A DNA stretch of 64,000 nucleotides from Podarcis vaucheri (Eukaryota): assembly GCA_965113315.1 (NCBI GenBank), contig OZ220364.1. One strand, given 5' to 3'. The position numbers and the translations under genes are program-made. Below, one piece after another: positions 25,634-39,448 of this stretch. The first letter of the stretch is position 1. Every line of letters begins with the position of its first letter. The notes beneath the pieces are model-generated. The model was not told where the DNA came from and did not search any database. It saw nothing but the letters and a program-made list of their open reading frames with translations.

Positions 25634-28600
25634 GGTAAAGAGGAATATATATGACCAAATAGAAAAGAGAAAAAAGATGATAGTTTTTAAAATAAGTTAT
25701 TTTAATGAAATGGAAGTACTACTGCTAGTTTAGTATTGCAAGAGAATAAAACTGGAAGTGGAATCTAGAATGTGGCTTCTTCACACATTAACACCGAGGG
25801 CTGCTTTCCTTGTGACATTTTAATCCTGTGAGAGGTGGATGCACACGCCCCTCCAGATACACTCTATGATTGGCCACTGTGAGAGGAGGATGCTGGACTA
25901 GATGGGCCTTTGGCATCACCTAGCAGGGTTTTTCTTATGTAAACACTGCAGGAACAATGTCACATTTCAAAACGCTCCAATTCCTGGATGCTGTGTAGCT
26001 GCACCCCAAAATGACTTAATTGAGAGTTCATCCCCCATTAAAGATCAACCGATGCCTATAACAATACTACAGGATGAGCAAGTCACATATTGATGCTCAT
26101 AGAACTTGTTATGGTTCCACACTGTCCCTTATCTTTTTTACCTAGGTATTAAGACTAAGGGCACTTCCAGATTGTCACTGTTTTTGAGTAGAATTCAATC
26201 ACATACTGGAAAATTCAGATTGCAGAATTACAGCTGATTTTGAAGTACAGTCCAACAACCTGCTCCCCCATCCCCACAGATTTTTTGCAGTAAGGGAAAT
26301 GCCAGGAAGTGTGGGATAACACTTGCTTTGATGCAAGGTCATCTAACCTTCCTGCCAAGAAATGAGAATGAATGCTCAATGAACAGGTTGTTTGGTCCTA
26401 AGGCAGCTGCAACATGATCTTTCAGCTTTCCTGCAATCTGGAACACTTGATTAGATTAGAGTTACAGCTTTGCGTGTGTATCTACGTTGCTCAGGGCAGG
26501 GGGACTTCATCTGCATCTGGGTAGTGATTCAGTGCACTAAAAGTACATCTGAAATGGGTCCGGTTTGTGAAGTTCTCAGCTGTTCAGGTCAATGGGGTTC
26601 TGCTAACAGAAAGAAGGAAGGAAATCTTCCATGTAGAATTGTGTTTTCCATTTGTACACCATTTATATACCTCTTTGAGTCCCCCTCCCCCTTTCTACAG
26701 AATATGTAATACACACACAGAGGCAAGAGAACTTTCATCCCTTCCACACCTGATAATAACTAAACCACAACTGTATACTTAAGTAGATAGGAAATGTAAT
26801 AAAAAAGGGACAAGACATTGAGTGCACTCATAAAGATACAAATGAATGTAGAAAAGGCATGAACAATGATAATTACAAATGTGTAAATGCATAAAGCCCT
26901 CTTATGGAGGAATATATATAATCTGGAGGGGGGGAACATATGCCCAATATGAAAAAAATAAAATAAGCTAAACCAAAACTATCAGTTCTATAAACAGAAG
27001 CCTGGCCTGCAAGCAGAAATTCTTTCACATGGAGACACAATTGAGAGTGGGAGCCTCTGACACTGTACAGAATTACAAAGTGAAGTTCACAAGCTGGTCA
27101 AAAGCCATTTCATAAGGCTTTCACAGACATTTTCCTATGGCAGCGTCCTTCAGAATTAGAGCTGGGAGGGAAAGGCTCGTAGGCTCGTAGGGAACAACTA
27201 CACAAACAAGTTCAGATTGACTCTATACTTATTCCTCATTTATGTAAAAAACAAAACCTCATTGATGCAATGGTTTACAATTAGAAGATGGAAAACTATG
27301 CTAAGGACTGTGTCAGGGAAGAATGCAAATGTGTGTATATGTTTAGTAATATCCTCAAATTCCAGACTCAGGGCTGGGCTCAGCTAACCAGTTCCACCAG
27401 TGGAAGCCTACACAGGGACTTCTGCTAGGGCAATGGGGCTTTCTTTCCTTCAGTGCCCCATATCCTCCTCCATTGGGTCAGGGATGAGGTGTCAGGAGAA
27501 CCCCTGGAACAGTGGACAGCAAGAGGAAAGGGTAGATTGTTTAGTTAGGCAAGCAGAACAGCTTGCACTAACAAAATGACCTGCATTGTATTCCTCCCAT
27601 TATAAATAATGCAAATTGATACATTTGCAGAAATTTACTTTGTACTATTTATTCTAACATATGATATCTTGGGAAGAGGAAGTAAGGATGTAGGAATTAG
27701 GAGGTAGAGAAGAATAAGTAGAGGGACAGAGCTAAAAACACCAGTTAAGGGTTTCATTAGATTCTCTATTATTATAAGGTTGCATTCAGTTCCACAAAGA
27801 CAAAGTTTCATACTTTGCCATGGGATGATAAGGGACACTAAATTTTTGAAAATGATGGCTGCCAATAAAGAACATTTTATAGCTGACCAGGGATTCAGGG
27901 GTGGGGTGGGAGATGACTGAACACATAAATGGGTTCTAAGTCTGTATATGTCAGTAGAGAGTGAAGGAAATTAATTTCCACCTTGAACTAGTTAACACCA
28001 AATCCCCCACTGCGCAGAGATAAAGTGGTCCGCTTGTACTAGAGCAGCCAATAATGCCACCACAGACATGGGAATGGTGATGGAATAAAATCTATAATAG
28101 GCTTAGTGTCTAACATAAATGAAATATGTAACACCATACAAGAATTAAGTATGTAATATATAGTTCTGTACTGATGTGTCTATAGGGAATGTCTATATCT
28201 AGCAAAGCAGGACTCTCCAAGTCTGGAAATACTGCTGCTCCTCCATTGCCCAAATTCATTCATTTGCTTCTTCCCCCTCCCATGATAGCTGAGTTGAAAC
28301 AAGAGCAGAAGCAAACAAGGCTGCATATCAGGAAGAAACTCAGCTAAGACACATCTATTTTTATCTGACCTGAAATGAAGCTTATTACGGCAAAGTATTT
28401 GAATGGAGGCTGAATACTGAGCGGAGGCTGCAGCTCTCTACACACATCCATCTGGTGGCAGAACAGTCCTGTTTCACCCAGGGAATTGCATCCAATATCT
28501 AATTGAGGGTGGCAGGGCGGTGGGGGGCAAATACAGAATCAGATCAAGGAAGTGTGCTAGTGCCAAATGCAAGGACTATATCCCGCATCAAAATGCTTGG

Positions 28601-28765
28601 CATCTATCTTCACATCCAAGGAGTTCGCCATCTGTTCCACAGGGGTTCCCTACTGTGGATTCCTCAAGGATGAAGGGAAAGTGGGCTCCACTGAACAAAT
28701 GTAGTGCTGCATAAGGGGCGAAGTGTAGTCTCTCAGCAGAGTGTCTCCACAATCTGTTCTTCCCT

Positions 28766-28985
28766 TCAATACTGGTCTGAAAAGAATGAAGCATGGAGGA
28801 GGGAGGGACTGGCTCCCTCAGTGGGTGGAGTGCAGCTGCCTTCCTCCGACTGTTCTGACAGTTCCCCATATTCACTGTTGTAAAAAGTCTGGCCTCTGAG
28901 CTGGGACTGGTACGATGGCCGACACCTACCCCTCAGGTCTGATTGATCCACTATTGATTCTGCATTTCGACTGGATCCTTTACTG
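28766..28985 (-). CDS. FLT4: FLT4 terminal coding exon 30 (long isoform)
   Basis: SKGSSRNAES...GQTFYNSEYGELSEQ...ASFFSDQY-stop; contains the conserved FYNSEYGELSE motif; TGA at 28768-28766. Confidence 0.95.
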
Positions 28986-29225
28986 CTGTTGGGGGTGGGG
29001 GGAGAAAGAAAGAGCAAGAGACAGGAAGTCAGTTCTTCTGAGTAAGAGATAGTATTCTAATTGACTGTCCAGAAAAAAAAAGCTTCTTAGCATCAGAAAG
29101 CTCAGGGCAAGCACAGCTAGCCATTTAGCAGGTTGGTAATTCTACAAGATGTGTGAAGTTACATGATAGAAGACTTATGTGAACCACCCTCAGACCTCCG
29201 GGTATAGGGCAGTATATAAAATTCA

Positions 29226-29256
<31 letters not shown>

Positions 29257-29258
29257 AT
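29226..29258. repeat. (TAAA)n microsatellite
   Basis: About 8 units, at the end of a LINE-like tail. Confidence 0.9.
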
Positions 29259-30684
29259 AGAGCATCTTTCCAATAAAAAAGTGAAGGTGGTGCACCAGAA
29301 ATGAGATGCAAGAATGCAGGTTTTTTGTAAACCTTACCGCTGTCAGGAACTTGATTTCATATAGGAAAACTGGATTCAGCTACTGGCAGATTATCCCTAA
29401 ACAGACTTACTAGAGAGTAAGCCCCATAGAATTTATAGGGTTGCACTGTAATATCACTTCTTCAAAGCAGGAAGATTCATTTAAAAAAACAACCAAATAA
29501 CATGTATCTATGTATACTGATTTTCTTATTGCTTTTAGACCTACCAGCGATGTACCTCATGCTCACCACCAAGGATTTCATTGTTCTTATCCACCATTTC
29601 TATGGGAGGATTTGAATGAAGCCAGGAACTATATAAGCCAGTTAAGTATCACCAATGGTTTTGAGTATCAGCTGAGTTACGCTTTGAGCTTTAATAAATC
29701 TTGTATTTTCCCTGTGATTCTTCCCTCCTTTGTCAGACTTCAGAAAGTCTGACTTTTCTCAGTAGTGGTTCTATTTCCACAGGTACAGATGTCTTTAGTG
29801 CTACTCTTACATCTTTTTAAAAAGGGTAGAGTATTGACATGGGCAGTGACATATCAGAAAAGTGAACCTATTGCAACTCAGCACATATTAATTATAATTT
29901 TTACAGTGAACATCATGTTTGTCCCTATTTTTTGTTTATTTCAGTCAATCTTATGGTTAATGAAACATAACAGGATGTATACATAGAACAAATGCAATAC
30001 TCGTGATAGTATGGAAAGTCAATTGGACTTCCCCTTGTAGCTTAGGAGCAATCCATCTGGCAGCAGACTAAGTCTCAATTATTTCAGTGGGAGAAGCAGA
30101 TTAATTCTCTTCCTGAAATCAGTGGAACCTAGCCTAGTTTTGTTCTGTATGTTCTAAAAGTAGCCATAAAATAGTGCCTTGATGGTTTGAGTTGTCATTT
30201 GATGTCATATCTACTGTCGAATGCATAACAACTACAGAAACTTTTCACACTAGCTGGGGAAAGAATCACATTTCCCCAATGGCATTATATTGCAGTTTGA
30301 GCATTGGGAATATGTGACATTTCCACAAGAAAAGTGTTTCCTTGAAAGAACTGTACCTTTGCTGCTTGATTGTCTGGAAAGCTCCTTGATTTCTTGCTGT
30401 ATTTCATGCCCGTGTAATATGCTTCCTCTCTTTATTTCCTTGCACAGAGTCAACTGACTCCACTCAAAAGCCATTAAGCTCAATCAACCCTTTTTGTTAC
30501 AAATGCCATCAGGAATGCTGCCGCCAGCAGCAGCAGGTTACAGGAGAATGGATGCGCTTGCATTTCTGTGCTCCCAGCACATTTACAGGAGGCTGCAGTG
30601 AGGTTTGCTGCAGAGGACACTGCTGGGTATTGTATGTTACTGAGGGCTGTGAGATATAGCGAGGAGAACTAAATAACCAAGTAC

Positions 30685-30770
30685 CTGAATGCACTTTCTT
30701 TTCTGTGTCTATTTTCTATCCTCTCAAACTCCTCAGATGCCAAAACCATCCCACTGTCTGTCTGATTGTC
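30685..30770 (-). CDS. FLT4: FLT4 exon 29
   Basis: [28 protein letters not shown]; 86 nt. Confidence 0.96.
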
Positions 30771-31665
30771 CTGCAAGGGAGCAGAAAAAAAATAAAAAGT
30801 GTTAGAAGTGCCAGCCTTGTTGAGCAAGCATTCTGAATTTTTTTCACCAGGAACCTTTCCTCTGATGGATGGAGACTGAAAAGCAAATGTAGGGCAGGGA
30901 ACAGCTGCAGATGATGAGCAAGAAGAGTGGAGCTTAACTCAGCCTTGTAAATATGCCTGTAAAACTTAGAAGCCTGTACAAATTTTTATAAGCATGTTAT
31001 AGAGCATGTTGAATTTTTCAACTTTCAAAAATGAGGGGTGCTAAAAAATTGTAACACAACTTCGGAATTCAAAAGATCTTTTGGTTAAATTAACATAATT
31101 AAGTTTTGCTTGGTAAGTAAAATGTGTGTAAAATTGCATAGAAATAATTAAAAATGATTGCCAAGTACTTGTACTTATATATTAGTATTTATTATTATTA
31201 GTTATTATTAGTTGTTGTTGTTTTGTTCTTGTTATGTTGCATTACCTGACATTTTCAGAAGGTAAAATTTAAATTCTTTGGTTTTCTGAAAGCAGTGTGT
31301 GTGCTTTCTCATCAGAAATAGACTTACCAAACCAAATGTTGTCCAATCACAAAAATAATAGCAGATTTGAATTAACACACCCCACCACCACCATTAATAC
31401 AGCAAATACCTTTATCTGGGATGTAGTTGCCTAAATATAATGAGGATGGGTGGTCCCTATATTCTATTTTTAGAAGAGTTTCCTCAATACACATCTAGCT
31501 TTCATGCCAACTATAAATCATGGTGTTAGCAATTTGTGTGAATCTTGAAGTGTGGCAGAAAACACAGTTTAACGTGTCTTTAGACTGCAGTAATGGACAA
31601 ATATACATTGAACTGTTTATTTTTCAATTTTTCCTTCTGTCTCACTACCACTTTGCTCCACTCAC

Positions 31666-31786
31666 CGGATGTGCTTTATACATGGTTTGTGTCATAGGAA
31701 ATTCTTCAAAAGTCTTTATTCTGGATGGACACCTTATCTGATTCCCACCAGTTAAACAGCCAGGGAAAGACACACAGTTATAATAT
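31666..31786 (-). CDS. FLT4: FLT4 exon 28 (YY motif equivalent to human Y1230/Y1231)
   Basis: [40 protein letters not shown]; 121 nt. Confidence 0.95.
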
Positions 31787-32704
31787 CTGGGAAAGGACAT
31801 AAAGTAAAGGGTGAATCAGAAAAGATACTGGTGGAACATACACATTAAATAAGGAAATCTTCACTTTGTGCTCTTCTGGTCAGCAATACTGAGTCAGTTA
31901 AAACATAAAATTCTGCAGAAAAAACCTAGCATAGTCTGAATGTGTTATTACCCTTTCCCCTTGCTCCTCAAGAAGTATGTTTAAGGCCTAAGTAGACATT
32001 GCACACAGATTTATGTAGCTTCAGGAAAGGAAAAGTAGCCTGGGAGAAGCCACTTTTCCCAGTCCTCAAGGATGAAAAGCTGGTTGAGGGCTGGTTTTGA
32101 ACAGGAATATGGATGGCAGGGAAATTTTAAGAATCCCCCTCCCCCTGCCATTCTTCCACTGCTACACATAGATTGCATAGAGTGCCTGGTTTATCCCTTA
32201 GAATAACCTTGTGATTATCACAGCAGTGATTTGAATGTAGCAACATGAAGCAGGATTCACCAGCTGTGACTGGGGATGTTGATGCTTTGGGTGGAAATGA
32301 CATGTCTCTCTTCCTATGCCACCCCCATAGCTACTGTCACTTTGCATCTCCAAGATGAAGACAAATATTGTGCATCAATGGCCTTCCATTTTTTAGTGCT
32401 TGGGGTACCCAGCTTTTCCAGTCTAGCAAAAAATCTTTATTGTCCCACATGTATATTATCTGGACATGTATAGAGCAAATCTTGCTGTTTTATTATCAAG
32501 CAACAGATAAACTGTATTTTGGGGAGGGCAGGGGTCCAAGTCAAATGCGTAACATCCATGAGAAGTAGTTATGGCTGAAAATATTGTTCGTAGCCTAATG
32601 ATATAAAAATGTTTGATGTGAGATAATACTGCCTTTCTAAAAGCCTTTGTTCTAAGTTTGGCCATCCCTCAGCTTGACTCTTTCAGGATTCAGCAGGGAC
32701 TTAC

Positions 32705-32844
32705 CTTGCTGCTATATTGTGACAGTGCATCCTCAAGTCAAATTCCTCTTCATCAGAATTCTGCTGGATGGAGGAAGCTACCTGGGAGAAGCCATCATCT
32801 TCAGAACTCTGAGAGTCATTAAGTGGGATATAATCCTTCCCTTC
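32705..32844 (-). CDS. FLT4: FLT4 exon 27 (C-tail)
   Basis: EGKDYIPLNDSQSSEDDGFSQVASSIQQNSDEEEFDLRMHCHNIAA; 140 nt, phase 0-2. Confidence 0.93.
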
Positions 32845-33529
32845 CTAATGGGAATTTAAATAAGTAGTTATGTGCCAGGAAAATTGAAGAATTTGCCAGA
32901 AGCAGCAACAATGAGAGTGAATAAACGGTAGTTCTACCCCTGCTCCCATTTTCTCCTCCAGGAAAAAAGAGGATAGCCGTTAATGGCTGTGCAGACACAT
33001 ACTTCTGAGGAATAATGGGTAGATGAATTTCATAAGGAAAGCAAATAGATCAAACTGTTTTATACAATGCTTTCATCTCCCAATATCCTGACTTGCAAAT
33101 AAAAGGTAAGGAACACCCACTTCTGTCATCCAACCCATTTAACTATTTGCTGGTGGCATCAACTCCACAGTCCAATTGTACCAAATGTCCTGGGGTACAA
33201 GATAAGTAAGGATGTATATTTCTGAAACAATATCTGGTTTTAAGCTTTCCTCCAAGCACTATTAGAAAGGCACTAAGGTAAAAGAGGGCAGCATGTGTGT
33301 TGGAAAACCTCTGAAGAGAGAGAGAGAGAGAGAGAGAAGGAAAGAGATTTGATGCTAGTCTTCTAAGCTTAATCACATTCAACTGTCAAAGTTGGGCTGC
33401 CAGACAAAAAGGCTCCCCATCTCCACTGTATCTAAATGTTTACTCAGCAGCTCACCAAAGAAATAACTCCTTGCACATAGCTGGCTTTTGCAGCTGGTTT
33501 CTGAGCTATGATTACAAATGAGAACTTAC

Positions 33530-33635
33530 ATGCTGGACATTCTCCTGAAGAAGGTTCCCCAGGATCTCCACCAAGTCTGAGAATGTTGGTCTTTCCTTGG
33601 GATCACCATACCAACAGCTTAGCATTATACGGTAA
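33530..33635 (-). CDS. FLT4: FLT4 exon 26
   Basis: [35 protein letters not shown]; 106 nt. Confidence 0.97.
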
Positions 33636-33965
33636 CTGCAGAGAAAAACAGAACAAGCCTTTGCATAAAGCTGATCAATCTCTTCATCCTATAACTGTCA
33701 ATCAAATACAAAGCTAGAATTTGGAAACTGCTGCAAAGGGAAAGCCTCTCCTTAAGGTAAATGCTGGACTTGAGCACCAGCAGTGTTACTACAGAAGCAA
33801 ATGAAACAGTTTAAATGGCTATATCATGTTGAGCCTTCAGCACACTAGCCAAAGCAGAGGAAGAAAATAGGCTTCAGATCTTGGGAACTTCTATGGATCT
33901 ATATTTTGTTGACTACAGTATTATTATTTTTTGCTGCTGGCCATGTTTTCAAGTGCTCTGACTCA

Positions 33966-34187
<222 letters not shown>

Positions 34188-34846
34188 CTATTTTTCTTAT
34201 ATTGTGTGAGTGCTCCTCTGTCTCACCTGTTATTTTACACTCACTTTAAGGAATCTGAAGTAGCCTACTTAGACAGGGCCAATGCTACAAGTACTGGAAT
34301 CAAAATGTTGCTCAAGAACTAGTCAGTATTGGTTTAGGCCTTTATCTATGCACAAAAAGGAAAGGCTAACTTTCTGTAAAGAAATTCTATAGAATTGAAA
34401 CCTAGTTGATAAATTTGAGACAGGAGGTTTCTGGGATATGCATTCGGGGTGCTAAGATCCAAAAGTAGGCTTTGTAATGCATGAAGCAGGTGTGCTGCAG
34501 GTTACATGTAGCAAAGTGTTGCATCTACCTGCTCAACGGGACTTCCTCTCTTTTCCCTCTCTCCACCTCCCCCCAAGCTCCCTCCCAATTTCCTCTGGAT
34601 GGTTAGAGGAACCCCCCAGAACAGATCTGGGTAGGTTGGGGTTCATGCGGAGAGAAAGAGTCCTATTGCTTAGGTAGACGTCCTTGCACAAGCATGACAA
34701 CCCAAAACAATTAGCAGAATAGATGCAACTGGAGTGGTAAGGTAGGTAAAATAAGGAGACTTAGGGGGCCCTTCCAGCAACCTACCTTCAAAGTCACATG
34801 CTTGTAAAAGTATGGGTGGCCCAGGGGAGAGTTCAACTATTCATCA

Positions 34847-34966
<120 letters not shown>

Positions 34967-35728
34967 CTATGGAAGAGAATTAAATGTGAATGGCTATTAC
35001 AGCTCAGAAAAAGGTTAATAGCAACTAAATAAGAAAACCCACAGAAAAATCTCTGAACATCTTATAGTGGCTCATGCAGACAGGCACCAAATTAAGTGAA
35101 TATCTATTTAGGTGCAGATTAGGAAGATGTAGTTTGATATTATCTACCTAGATCAGAGGTGGTTAATCTGTGGCCATCCAGATGTTGCTGGCCATCAGCC
35201 CCAGGCCAATAGTCAGGAATCATGGGAGTTACAATCCTTAGTTGCTTGGGCTTCATTCACTCACTAACTTAATGAGGTTATGAATACTTCCACAACAGAT
35301 GGAAAGCTGATATTTTGCACACATTTCAAAATACTGTATACAAAGTGTAGCAATAAATAATTGTGAGCTAATGCAGTTATAGGGACCTAGGCTTTAATTC
35401 AGTTGAGGATGCACAGCTAAATAGAAAACATATGAACATCTTTCAGGTGAGGGAAGCATGATGTTTATTGCAGATGACAGGTGAAATCAAGTAGCCCTAC
35501 ACTACAGATGGCAAGGCTAAGTGCTACCCTCTATACTGTCTGTCTCTTACACGGAACAAAATGCATATTTTGTGCCAAGGAAGTGCATTAGACAAAGCCT
35601 CTTAACCATTTTATTTCTCTACTCCATTCCTCTTCGTATCAACTATAAGAACAGACGATAAACATCCTCTCTGTATTTCAGTGAGAACTGGTCATAAGCA
35701 AACATATACTGAAGGCACTGACTGACTA

Positions 35729-35902
<174 letters not shown>

Positions 35903-36479
35903 CTAAAGGAAAAGGAAAAAAGGGGAGACATCATCAGAAATATAGATTCCAGTGTGGAAATGGTGGGGTATCAGAAACTATGAACAAGTATAGAAGTTTC
36001 ATTCAGGCCTTTTCTCTCAAAGTAAGTCAAAAGCAGATCATTGATCCTATGAAGATATTCTAGTAATCCCTGTGTTCAGGACAAGTAATAGCTCCTTTGG
36101 GGAGTGCTTACAAGCCACCCAGTGTGAGCAGGCAGGGCTTGAAAGCAACAGCCCTCTATTGGAATACAATCACACAATGGCAGCATGGATCAATTTTCCA
36201 GTCAGCCATGCCCTTATCCAGGATACTCCATTCCACCCCCTTCATTTTCTGTTCCTCTACCCCAACAATCTGTCTGCATCCTGTTGTCTCCACTGACCAT
36301 GCTCAGTCTTCATTGGACTGTTTTGGGATCCACCCCTCCCTTTATGGATTTTTTCAAATGATTTTTTTGTACTTCTGCAAACCTTGTGACTGTCCAAGCA
36401 TGCCACTACCTCCCCCTTGTTTGTGGATGGTGCAGTTTTTACTACACACTCAGAGAACAAGATCACAATTAGCATACAG

Positions 36480-36833
36480 GGTAAAGGTAAAGGTAAAGGG
36501 CCACTGACCATTAGGTCCAGACTGACTCTGGGGTTGCAGCGCTCATCTCGCTTTATTGGCCGAGGGAGCCGGTGTACAGCTTCTGGGTCATGTGGCTAGC
36601 ATGACTATGCTGCTTCTGGCGAACCAGAACAGCGCACGGAAATGCCATTTACCTTCCCGCCGGAATGGTACCTATTTATCTACTTGCACTTTGATGTGCT
36701 TTTGAATTGCTAGGTGGGCAGGAGCTGGGACCGAACAATGGGAGCTTACCCCATCATGGGGATTCAAACCGCTGACCTTCTGATTGGCAAGCCCTAGGCT
36801 CTGTGGTTTAACCCACAGCGCCACCCGCGTCTC
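36480..36833 (-). mobile_element. Sauria SINE, older copy
   Basis: tRNA-related head at right (revcomp GAGACGCGGGTGGCGCTGTGGGTTAAACC); (ACCTTT)n tail at left; TSD-like TTAGCATA(C/T)(A/G)GGGTA. Confidence 0.92.
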
Positions 36834-36844
36834 TTAGCATATGG

Positions 36845-37206
36845 GGTAAGGGTAAAGGTACCCCTGCCCGAACGGGCCAGTCTTGACAGACTCTGGGGTT
36901 TGTGCGCCCATCTCACTCAAGAGGCCGGGGGCCAGCGCTGTCCGGAGACACTTCCGGGTCACGTGGCCAGCGTGACAAAGCTGCATCTGGCGAGCCAGCA
37001 CAGCACACGGAACGCCGTTTACCTTCCCGCTGGTAAGCGGTACCTATTTATCTACTTGCACCCGGGGGTGCTTTCGAACTGCTAGGTTGGCAGGCGCTGG
37101 GACCGAGCAGCGGGAGCGCACCCCGCCGTGGGGATTCGAACCGCCGACCTTTCGATCGGCAAGCCCTAGGCGCTGAGGCTTTTACCCACAGCGCCACCCG
37201 TGTCCC
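36845..37206 (-). mobile_element. Sauria SINE, younger CpG-rich copy
   Basis: Full head and ACCTTT tail; perfect TSD TAGCATATGGGGTA (36835-36848, 37207-37220). Confidence 0.93.
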
Positions 37207-37239
37207 TAGCATATGGGGTACTGTCTCTCAAATTGGATG

Positions 37240-37480
37240 TACTAAATATCATCCACCATGTCTTTAAAAACATGGTTAGATTGCTCCTTCTTGAATGTGT
37301 ATAAAGTGTGTACATGGCCATCGGCACACCTTGTGGCAGCACAAATTATGCAGTTTGTGAAGTGGTACCGTCTTTTACTTATCCTGAATCTACTGTCAGT
37401 CCACTTCACTGGATGACTCAAAGTTCTAGTACAAGAGAAGGAGAAATGCTTCTCTCTGCCCATTTTCTTCACACCACACA
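37240..37480 (-). mobile_element. Old CR1-family 3' remnant; similar remnant at ~56240-56450 (+)
   Basis: Degenerate CR1 C-terminal peptide (..REKHFS..RTLSHPVK..SRFR..KRRY.FT). Confidence 0.5.
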
Positions 37481-37488
37481 TTGTTTTA

Positions 37489-37737
<249 letters not shown>

Positions 37738-38163
37738 TTACATTCTGAAGGTTTGTGGCAGTCAAAAAGACAACTATCTCCAGGTCAGCCAGCTTTTGCC
37801 TAAAATGATTTTCTTCAGAGTGTCCTAGAGAAATCTTAGACTTGCTGGCTAAGTAGGGACAGATAACTGGGAACAGTGATAGCAATCAAAGACAAAGCTA
37901 TACATGGTTAAGTACAAGCTTAACAGAACTTAAGCCTGTGTAGCTGTATGCCTAATATTAAAAATGATTATCATTAACCATTTGTGTTGCTGAAAGCACA
38001 GCCTGACTTTATACAATTGATGAGGACTCTGCACTAGGGATATTGTCTCCGCATAAATGGAAAGGTGGTACTGAAACCTACAGAGATATTCATTATGAGA
38101 GACACTTCAAGCAGATGTGAGGCCTATAGCTGAGAATAAAGACAGGGCTTAGTATCTTCCTGA

Positions 38164-38266
38164 CCAAACTGCGGGAGGCAGTGGAAGACAGGAGTGCCTG
38201 GTGTGCTCTGGTCCATGGGGTCACGAAGAGTCAGACACGACTAAATGACTAAACAACAACAACAAC
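38164..38266 (+). mobile_element. RTE-BovB LINE 3' end
   Basis: GTCCATGGGGTCACGAAGAGTCAGACACGACTAAATGACTAAAC with (AAC)n tail; TSD ATCTTCCTGA (38154-38163, 38267-38276). Confidence 0.88.
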
Positions 38267-39291
38267 ATCTTCCTGATGAAGAAAACTGTATTTCAGTGCC
38301 AGACAGATAGGAAAACTGCCTGCCTCCAGGAAAATCATTTTACTTGGCTGAGGTACTGCCTGATTAAGACATTGCAGATTGCTGACTTTTGTAGATTTAT
38401 AAACTTGCCATTTGACTAGGGGCTAATCATCTTTAGGTAGTTCTGTAGATTATTATGGAAAGTTATATATATTCATGGGGTAAGAACAGTGGTTTACTGT
38501 ACTAGGAAAGCCTAGGAATCATTCTCTTTAGAAGGGATTCCTTTGCTCCTACAAAATCTTTGGGAGACTAACAGAGAAACAGGAAAGGTCTGAGAATTGG
38601 ATCTATATTTACTAATCAACATTAAGCACATGCATTTTGTATGACTGTGATTGAATTTGTTGCTGTCCTCATGCAGTACTTAGAACAATTACTATTTATG
38701 TTTGTGCAGTTGTAAAGCTGTATAAACCTCTTTAATTTTTACAAATATTGTTAGTATTCAATGTTTTTAATGCCCTCAAAATTTCTATACAAGGCACACA
38801 TTTAAGTTGCACATGATATATGGTCATCTGACTGCCTGGTGAAGGGAGCATAAGGCCTCCAAGGGAAGCTCCAGGGCCCTCCATGGCTTTGTTCCATACT
38901 CTCTAACCTAGATTTTTATGGTCAAGGAACAGAGTGGAATCTTACCCTTTGCACCTCTCAATAAACTCAGTGTAGGCTGCTGTGCAGGCTGTACTCCTTT
39001 GCACTTGTTACACAGACTAGGGTCGCTAAGGACCAATGCCCCCAGCTTCCTCTTCAGTGCATTCTTTTGGGTTCCTCAAGTTCTTCCCACCTTGCACGTG
39101 AGCTGTGATGAATACCCATAAAGTCTGGCTCCCTCCCTTTCCATCTGCTTCCAGGTCTCTAAAAGGGAACATTATCCACTCTGCCACTGGCCCAACCCTC
39201 ATGTGCGCTTAAAGAAATCCTGCACACTTTCTTTCAAGTTCCCTAAATTCCTTGCTCCCCTCCGCCCATGAAGATTCAGTGAGTTCTTTAC

Positions 39292-39448
39292 CTTCTTGTA
39301 TGAGAGGTGGCGGCGGTGCTGCCTGGCTCTTGTTCATCAGAAGTCTATTAAGAATTGCACTGTCAGTGGTACCAGACCGACTCCTTCTGTCTGCTCTGAC
39401 AGCTTCCACGATAGAACGAACTTGGACGCGTAGTCGGGGAGATTTTTC
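39292..39448 (-). CDS. FLT4: FLT4 exon 21 (kinase insert)
   Basis: EKSPRLRVQVRSIVEAVRADRRSRSGTTDSAILNRLLMNKSQAAPPPPLIQE; 157 nt, phase 0-1 fits neighbours. Confidence 0.92.

Noticed and set aside
24500-27660. Candidate FLT4 poly(A) signals (minus-strand AATAAA at 27653, 25248, 24537)
   Set aside because: Cannot choose among them from sequence alone, so the 3' UTR end is not annotated
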